A DNA stretch of 64,000 nt from positions 16,983,840 through 17,047,839 of the forward strand of contig CAVNZM010000001.1 of the NCBI GenBank assembly GCA_963693365.1. The letters run 5' to 3'. Shown here in pieces: positions 49,648 through 64,000 of this stretch. Under the pieces are notes generated by a model. The model saw nothing but the letters and a program-made list of their open reading frames with translations. It made no database searches and was not told where the DNA came from. Within the stretch, counting starts at the first letter, position 1. Every line of letters begins with the position of its first letter. The DNA is from Amoebidium appalachense (Eukaryota; Protista; Ichthyosporea). The position numbers and the translations under genes are program-made.

Positions 49648-51297
49648 TAGGCCCTTGCAAACATATCCCGAATATCTTTTGATATTCAGGGGCCGATTCG
49701 ATATATGATATATCTCGGGATGTTCAGGACTAGGCAGGATATATATGTATATATTTTTCTTTTGATCAAATGATATTCAGGGGATGGACCAAAAAATGAT
49801 ATATCATAAATATCTTTCAGGGCACGATATATCATGACTGTAAAATCGAGATATATATCCCTTATCTCCAATGTAAAAATATATGAAAAACTCAAACAAA
49901 AAGTTACAGAAAACTCTTATTTCGGTGGGAAGGGGTCCCACTAGTAGGGGAACGTGACACTGTGTGTGTGTAGTGCGGCCTTGTCTATTCCTACTGCTGT
50001 GAGAGTGTGGGAACATCTCCCTTCCGCGGAGTTTCTCGCTGGAGGAGTGGTTTCTTCGACATCTGGTGGCCCACTCACAACTTCCGGTGACTTCTACACG
50101 CTATCTACGTATACGCTTCTACGCGCGCGCGAGCTAATGGCGGTGGGCTGCTGCAACTTCTTCAACTGCTTCTGCGCTGCGTGGGTGGAGGGGTAGCTAC
50201 TGGGTTGTCGAGGAGCATTCCTTGTGGCTGCCGTGTTTTCAGCCTTCAGCAGTATGGCATGATGACTGGGTTTGCTTGCATGCATTCTGTAGTTGTGTTT
50301 TCCGGATCCTGTGTGTCCTGCCACAACTTTGTAGGCCACCTTATCAAAGAGTTAGAGACAGCTTCTGCGGGTTTTCTAGGGGACGGGCCCGTGGGGATTG
50401 TTTTCTCGCTCGGATTTGGTCTGCATTAATCTTTAAATTTAAAGGGCTGACTTGCTTGCTGTGCCCTGGTAGGTTTTGAGGGGGGCCTGTTGGGGGGCAG
50501 CAGTAATGATGTCTTCTTGCGGAGTGTGGCCTGGTCATCATCGCTGCATATGACTAGTTGGAGCAAACTAGTTTCACGCATACACATGCCCTTGTACCTT
50601 TGCCCGCTGGTGTCCTTTGGTCACTTGTTGTTTTATTTTTTATTTCATCGCTGTGGCTCTTTCGAAGTCGGTTATTTTTGTAATCATGTAGCCTGTGGCT
50701 GCACGTTGCCTTCATATCCACTGGACCACTGATCAATAAATCCCAGTCAAGAGAAAAAAAAAAAAAAGAAAAAAAATTATTTCGCACTTCCTGCACTATC
50801 AAATCTTCGGTTCTAGCCTAAAAAGGGCCTAAAAGCGACCTGATTGCTTTGGATTGCCCTTAGATGGACGACCTTGGGGTATATGCTCTCCGTAGGGATC
50901 TCACCAAAATAGCGGCAGTCGGAACAAAATCCCGTTTATTTCCTTATTTGGGTAAAAATAAGGATATTTTTCGTGATATTCAGGGCAAAAAACGGAATAT
51001 TTCGACTTGATATTCAGGTCAAAGCCGAGATATTTTTATATATTCCGTGATATCCAGGGGCCTTTAAGATATTTCCAAAAAATAATCAGGGGCTTTTGCC
51101 GGGATATTTTTGTGGATATTCAGGAAAACATTCGATTTCTAAACTTGAAAAAACGTTCGATATTTTCGTGATATATCCCGAACGATATTCTTTTTTCTTT
51201 TGACTGAATTTATTCAACGGAAAGATATGCAAGTATGTACGGCATACGGAGAAGACGATATTCAGGGCAAAAACCGGGATATTTTTGCAAGGACCTA
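49648..51297. mobile_element. Non-autonomous hAT-like DNA transposon (1650 bp)
   Basis: 23-bp TIRs TAGGCCCTTGCAAACATATCCCG (49648-49670) and CGGGATATTTTTGCAAGGACCTA (51275-51297) match at 21/23. The 8-bp TSD is GTGATGAA/GTGATGAT. Multiple subterminal GATATTCAGG repeats occur at both ends. No intact transposase ORF. Confidence 0.88.
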
Positions 51298-51499
51298 GTG
51301 ATGATTCTGATGAAACAGGCTTGTAGCCAATCGATAAGCTGGTTCAATCAAAAACCACAAAGCCCATCACATGCCTGTTTAAATTTGGCGGGCTCCGTGC
51401 TGCGGCACTGCTGCCCGCCAAGCTTACAACGTAAACACAGGAGGAAAGGAAGGCAATCGACAAATCGACTCTCGAATATAATGGCACGCAGGGTGTTTC

Positions 51500-51613
<114 letters not shown>

Positions 51614-51615
51614 AC

Positions 51616-51655
<40 letters not shown>

Positions 51656-52023
51656 TCTGTGTCGCGTGTGCGTGTGTGTGTGTACGGTGTGTGTGTGTGT
51701 GTGTGTGTACGTGTGTGCTTGTGTGTGTGTGTGTGAGTGTGTGTGTGTGTTGTGTGTGTGTGTGTGTGTGTCACGGTGTGTGTGTGACAGCGTGTGTGTG
51801 CACGCGTGTGTGTTTGTGCGTGTTTATGTATGTGTGTGACGTGCGTGTGTGTGTGTGCACGCGTGTGTATATGTGCGTGTGTGTGTGCGCGCGTGCATAC
51901 GTGTTTCGGGAGGGGCTGGGGGATGGGAGGGTAGGGGGGCTGAGGGGGACCCCGGGGAAGAAGGTGGATTGCGATGTTTGGCGATGGGGTTGGGGGGGGG
52001 TGCAGTGCGTGCAGTACGCTAAC

Positions 52024-52127
<104 letters not shown>

Positions 52128-52300
52128 GTGTGTGTGGGTGTGTGTGTGTGTGTATGTGTATATGTTTGTGTGTTTGTGTACGTGTCTTTGTGTGTGTGCG
52201 TGCGCGTGCATGTGCGTGTGAGACACGTGTGTGCGTGTGATTGTGTGTGTGCGCGCGTGTGTGTGCGCGTGTGTGTGTGCGCTGTGTGTGTGTGTGTTGT

Positions 52301-52394
<94 letters not shown>

Positions 52395-53095
52395 CGCCAA
52401 CTCTGCCCCCACCTCCCCCATCCCCCTCACCCACCAGCCGTCCACCCACCCACCGGAGCCCCAGCCCGCTCAGCCCTCCCTCACCCTCCCTTCTCTCTAG
52501 CTTCTCCCTCTCCCTCCCCCTCTCTCCCCCAACACCTCTCCCCCCCCCCCCCCCCCCCCCCCCCCCTCCCCCTCCCCCTCCTCCCTCCTCCCTTCTCCCC
52601 CCCCCCCCACCACCACCACCGCCACCACCACCATTAATCCCACCTCCCTCCCCGGGCACGGGGGGAGGGGGGGGAGGGGGGAGGGGGGCGGGGGGGGGGG
52701 GGGGGAGGGAGGGGGGGGGGGGGGGGGGGGAGGGTGGGGGAGGGGGGGGGGGGGGGAGGGGGAGGGGGGAGGGGAAGACGGGGGGGAGGGGGGGGGGGGG
52801 GGGGGTATCAGCAATAATAAAGTGCCAAAAATAAGCTGGGATGACCATCATGATTATCTGGATGCAATCTTCAGATGTTGGCAAGCTTTGTATCTAGGGA
52901 ATCTTATTTGCAGAAGCTTAAGGACAGACAGACATCGTAGTTATGCCCACACCCGTTTGGTAAATGTTCCTTATCGGTGTGCTTGGTATTTGCACTTTTT
53001 GTGTGCCGTATGGGTTTGTGTGGTGTAGTATATACGAGGAAAAGATATTGGGTATTCAGCAGGTGGACGACAAATTCTGGAAACCTTGGGAGCTT

Positions 53096-53177
<82 letters not shown>

Positions 53178-53727
53178 AACATTAATAGCCGGTTCGTGTA
53201 CGACCAGGTTTGTAGGTGGACTGGCAAGGTTGCCAAACTATTAAAAAGGGCTGCGTGCACCATGACGCCTTTGAGCTTGACCCGTGTAGCAGTCTAGTCT
53301 CTCCTGTACCGGGTAAATATTTTTTTTAGAATGAACATACACATATGTGTGTTTGGGGTGTGCTGCCGAATTTCGTTGCAATTGATTCCGGTGTATGCCG
53401 TGTGCGTTGCCAACAGGAAAGGCCCCTTTTCAAAGTTCATATTTTTTTTTTCTTGCCTGTGTATGTGTGATCCTATGTGTATGTGTGTGTGTGGGCGGAC
53501 GGGCGGGGAGGGGGGGAAGGGGGGGGAGGGGGGTGTTTACTGGGTGGTGTGGGGAGGGATGGCAAGGTACGAGAGATTTGCTTTCCCCTTTCTTTTCCCC
53601 TTCTTTTTCCTCCCCTTTTGGCCTATCTTTCCATACTAGAGTGCTCGTATTTAATACTGTCATATTTTTTTTTTCATAAATCACTATTCACGGTGCATTG
53701 ACGTCTCTCATCAAAGTGCTGTTTTTT

Positions 53728-53780
<53 letters not shown>

Positions 53781-53798
53781 TGTGTGTGTGTGCGTACA

Positions 53799-53920
<122 letters not shown>

Positions 53921-54194
53921 ATGTGTGTGTGTGTGTGTGTGTTGTGTGTGTTTTTTTTTTGTTTTTTGTTTTTTCTTTTATTTTTTTTTATTTTTTTTTG
54001 GGGGGGGGGGGGGGGGGGGTATTTTTTTTTTTTTTTTTTTTTTGGGGGGGGGGGGGGGGGTATTTATTTATTTTTATTTTTTATTTTTTTTGGGGGGGGG
54101 GGGGAGGGGTAGTAGTCAGGGCGGTGAATAACTTACCGAGTGCATGTGAGCACCCCACCTCCCCCCTTCCTTTCCCCCACAACACCCCCCGCCT

Positions 54195-54232
<38 letters not shown>

Positions 54233-55074
54233 CATTGCCTCTTCCCCTCATCCCCTCTTTTCTCGAACCCACCTGTGAAGGGCAGGGGGGGCAGACGGGA
54301 AGAAGAAACAAGGGAGAGATGCAGAGGCAAATGCTTAGATTTGTCTACAGGGAGGAGACAGAGACGGGCTGGTTTAGACGAATGAAGCTGCAACCAATGT
54401 TAAGCCACTTATACATGTTGGAATCAGATATATATTTCAACTTATTACTCGATAATCGGGAGCCTCAGTGGAGGACGGGGGGAGGGGATGATGGCAGCAT
54501 CTATGCCAGGGGACAGCAGGAAGGCAGGAGGGGGAGGGAGGAGGGGCAGGGAGAGAAGGGCGGGGGAAGAGGGGTGGGGTGGGGGGGAGGGGGGGGGGGG
54601 GAGGCATACGGTGATATACGTAGATCCTCAGGTGACTAGTGTGGTGCAGTGAACTGCAACTTGTGTTGGTTTATTAAAATTATATGAAGTATATTTGTGA
54701 TGGCGGGTGTGTGCATTTGTATTTGATGGCAAAACTCTGCTTAATCGGCTAATCTAAACGATGAAAACAGCCAAAGCCCCAATACAAACGTAACCAGCAC
54801 CATGTTTTCACACATTAGCTTCGTCTTCGAAAAAGCAAACATGTGCAACATTAGATCTCGTACTATTACTTGTATTATCCGGGTTCAGAGTCATGATGTC
54901 ATGATAATTTATCAAAGACCTAAGCAGGCTGGACGAAGCAGATCCTGTAACCACCCTAATATCATATCAGTGAATCAGAACTCCTCAGTTCTTTCGAATG
55001 CAACTACCATTCCCCCCATGACAAACACACCTCTATATAATTTATCATGCAAATTTAGATGTCACACTTCATAG

Positions 55075-55810
55075 CACAGAATGTTGAGTATTTAGCATCG
55101 CAGGCCGTGGCCTGGCACCATTTATCCGGGATATGAGGTACCAGACTCTTGCACGTGTGTGTAGCCTTGGGCCTGGCCGTAATCTCGCACAGCATACCGG
55201 CACCGGAGACCTTAAGGTCACACTGGAAGCCACGGCACCAAGAATCGGGGATGGCAGGGGTGGCTGTGGAACGGCAGGCCTCAGCAAGATCAAAGGCACG
55301 TGTGACGTAGTTTGGGTAGTAGGCCGTGTCCTCCTGCCAATAGTTGTTGGCAGCTTCGCCGGCTGATCGACAAGCGAGTCACGCACCTGCACGGTGCTCA
55401 GGTAGCCACGGCCATCACCAGTGTTGCCACCGAGCAGGCAATCAAAAACATCCCTGTGTGCCCGCAGTCTCCAAACAAACTTCTGTTTGCAAGGTTCACC
55501 TCCGATAGGTTCTACTTTGCAAAGGCTGGGTCTGGTAAGACCGACAAGTGGTGCCAAGACAATATCGACAACGATGGCAGCCGTGACTAGTATGTACCCC
55601 TTATTTACCTGGTCAAAACAGGAACACATTTCTGTCCTTTTGTTGCAATCACATATATTAGGTTCACTGGCCTACTGATATTCGGTTCTGCTGTTAGTCC
55701 ATATGCCCTAAGGCTTTTCTCATAAATAACCAGTTACTTTATGCCTTTCGTAGCCACCGTATGTACATCTTGGTGTGTTCAAGTTATCCCAATGTCCTTT
55801 CACTCCTGAG

Positions 55811-55841
<31 letters not shown>

Positions 55842-56420
55842 GGGGCCTCCCCCCATAGCCGACCCACCTACCATCTGAGGATATCATGCGTTACCTGTAT
55901 CTGCTTTTGTAGCTTCCTGTACAGCTCCCCCTCCCCCCCCTCCCCCTCCCCCCCCCCCCCCCCCCCCCCCCCTCTCCCCCCCTTCCCCCTCCCCTCCATT
56001 TGGTCCCCTCCCCACGGTCAACTGAGCTTTGTAAACACCCCTGAGGGTCACCTGTGGCCCACCCACGTGCACCATTCCTTCCACCTTTGATTAGCTGAAC
56101 TACACTCCCTCCCCTCCCCCCTCCCCCCCCCCCCCCCCCCCCCCCCTCCCCCCCCTCCCCTCCCCCCTCCCCCCAACCCCTGCCCCGCTACGGGCAATAG
56201 TTCCTTGTGCCCACCCCCTCACGTGTGCCCCACCTACCCTACCTTCAACCCATCTAACCCACACACAATTAACCACGGCAGTTGCGAGGTGGGCAACAGC
56301 AAGACCATCCGCAAGGGCTGCCTGGCCACGGAGCTGGGGCTATCCAGTGGTGTGACGGATAAGTTCTGCAAGGAGACTGAATGTGCAGAGGAATACAAAG
56401 ACTTCTGCAGCTGGGAATGA
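55075..56420 (+). pseudogene. Disrupted gene for a small Cys-rich protein of unknown family
   Basis: Coding-like block about 55075-55589 with an in-frame stop and a frame switch near 55310. It splices GT(55590)..AG(56281) in phase to a terminal exon: ...AGSGKTDKWCQDNIDNDGSRDY|CEVGNSKTIRKGCLATELGLSSGVTDKFCKETECAEEYKDFCSWE*. Confidence 0.45.
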
Positions 56421-56888
56421 GCAGATGCGCATGCATACCTGAGACCTCACTGCTGGCACCTGAGGCTTATAGACCCAGGGACCTTGTAGATTGAAAGGCA
56501 GTGCCTGTGAGCACATCACATGCGACACGGAAACATATCCGACTGAGAACAGAGACATAGACTAAGTAGTATGAGCCATAGTAATATCATATTCGGCATG
56601 TGATAAAGATCACCAAATACGGCAATCAGTGGACTGACATATTCATGCCCAATGGAGCGCGCGAACGTACGACACAAGCCTATGGCCTGTGAGCTTGCAC
56701 ATTCAACTTCAAAGTTTCTTCTATGCGTTAACGAGTGTGTGTTTAAACCTGGTACTTTTTTTTAATCTGATGAATACAGAGACTAGCTGCCAGCGGCCAT
56801 GGATAAAAACCGTGTGATCTTTGGTGTTTCATAACACACGTACACACACAAGCATGAATAAAAGCATACATTGACGTCGACACAAGTA

Positions 56889-56943
<55 letters not shown>

Positions 56944-57005
56944 GCACGCACACGCGCGCGCGCGCGCACATACACACACACACATGCACACGCACGTGTA
57001 CGCAC

Positions 57006-57091
57006 CCCCCCCCCCCCCCCAAAAAAAAAAAAAAAAAAAAAAAAATTTGCACACTGCGCACACGCAAACTCCACACCCACACATACATCCC

Positions 57092-57122
<31 letters not shown>

Positions 57123-57186
57123 AAAAAAAAAAAAAATTTGCACACTGCGCACACGCAAACTCCACACCCACACATACATCCCCCCC

Positions 57187-57217
<31 letters not shown>

Positions 57218-57219
57218 AA

Positions 57220-57223
<4 letters not shown>
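57006..57223. repeat. About 85-90-bp tandem repeat: poly-C, poly-A, TTTGCACACTGCGCACACGCAAACTCCACACCCACACATACAT
   Basis: Two full units and a third C/A run. Confidence 0.85.
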
Positions 57224-57266
<43 letters not shown>

Positions 57267-57817
57267 TGCGCACAGAAAAGCCACATCCCAACATAAATCC
57301 TACCCCCCCCCCCCCCCTCCCTTTTCCGGAAACTTTCCCCGTAATCTTTCTGGTTGGGAAGCAACTCCACACTACCTCATTTGGGCGTTTTTACTGGCAG
57401 TGGGATCTGGACCAATTGATGTGCACGTACATGTGGCTGGGTAACACCTACCCCACTGCTACACCGCGTATGGCCTTATTCAGATTGCAAGTTGGTATAC
57501 CATCAGGGTAGATAGATGATGGATATATAGGAAGTGGGTTCTCTAAGTCACCTTCACATGCAGCATATGCTGAGCTCGAGGTATGACTACACCTGTTAAC
57601 CTATTACGGTACCAAACTAAAAGCTAGTCTCATGAAGTCTTTATAAACCTAGAAACTACTACACATACATTCTCTCTTCATATTTATACAATCAACATAT
57701 AACCAGGCTATTCACAGCCACATGCACGATCAGTAAGCTCGATCAGTAGCCATATAAATTCCTAAATTTGTTTCCTATCTGCAATCGCAATAATAAACGG
57801 AATTACACTAATCAAAC

Positions 57818-63843
<6,026 letters not shown>

Positions 63844-64000
63844 TGGTGGTGGTGGTGGTGGTGGTGGTGGGGGGGATCGTAAATGCGAGTATGAGTGTGA
63901 GTGAGTGAGTCTGTGTAAGTGCACACATGGGTGTACGCCTGGGCCAGGTGGTGGGGTGGTATGTGCGTGCGTGTGTGTGTGTGTGGTGGTGGTGTATTTG

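Noticed and set aside
52840-53290. Possible upstream exons of the Cys-rich gene
   Set aside because: Frame and strand are ambiguous, and there is no recognisable motif.

Overview
Eukaryotic genomic DNA, intron-rich and saturated with (CA)n/(CT)n microsatellites and long poly-G/poly-C runs. The gene content suggests a unicellular opisthokont, possibly an ichthyosporean-like holozoan, but this is low-confidence inference. Most ORF-track entries are artefacts of simple repeats. Hand-spliced genes: SYF2 splicing factor (+, 5' end outside the window); four calcium-binding EGF exons (+, one damaged); cyclophilin A (-, complete, 164 aa); a membrane-anchored ZZ-zinc-finger/EF-hand protein (-, about 14 exons); an intronless 900-aa protein with eight C2H2 fingers (-); a disrupted Cys-rich gene (+); and the 3' half of an ABCC/MRP transporter (-). 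A 1.65-kb non-autonomous hAT-like DNA transposon is also present. The most notable signal is a non-coding repeat of about 350-450 bp in two diverged subfamilies (A and B). It occurs at 9 loci, always inside introns, always in host-sense orientation and always ending in a poly-C run, and it is sometimes in head-to-tail tandem. Its roughly 165-nt core folds with compensatory and G-U changes between A and B. It contains all hammerhead-ribozyme core motifs (CUGAGGA, GAAAC, GUU), but in a reversed, pseudoknotted strand order that appears satisfiable only between two units. This makes it a candidate retrozyme-like mobile RNA with a multimer-dependent ribozyme. The ribozyme interpretation is inferred from manual folding and is untested.
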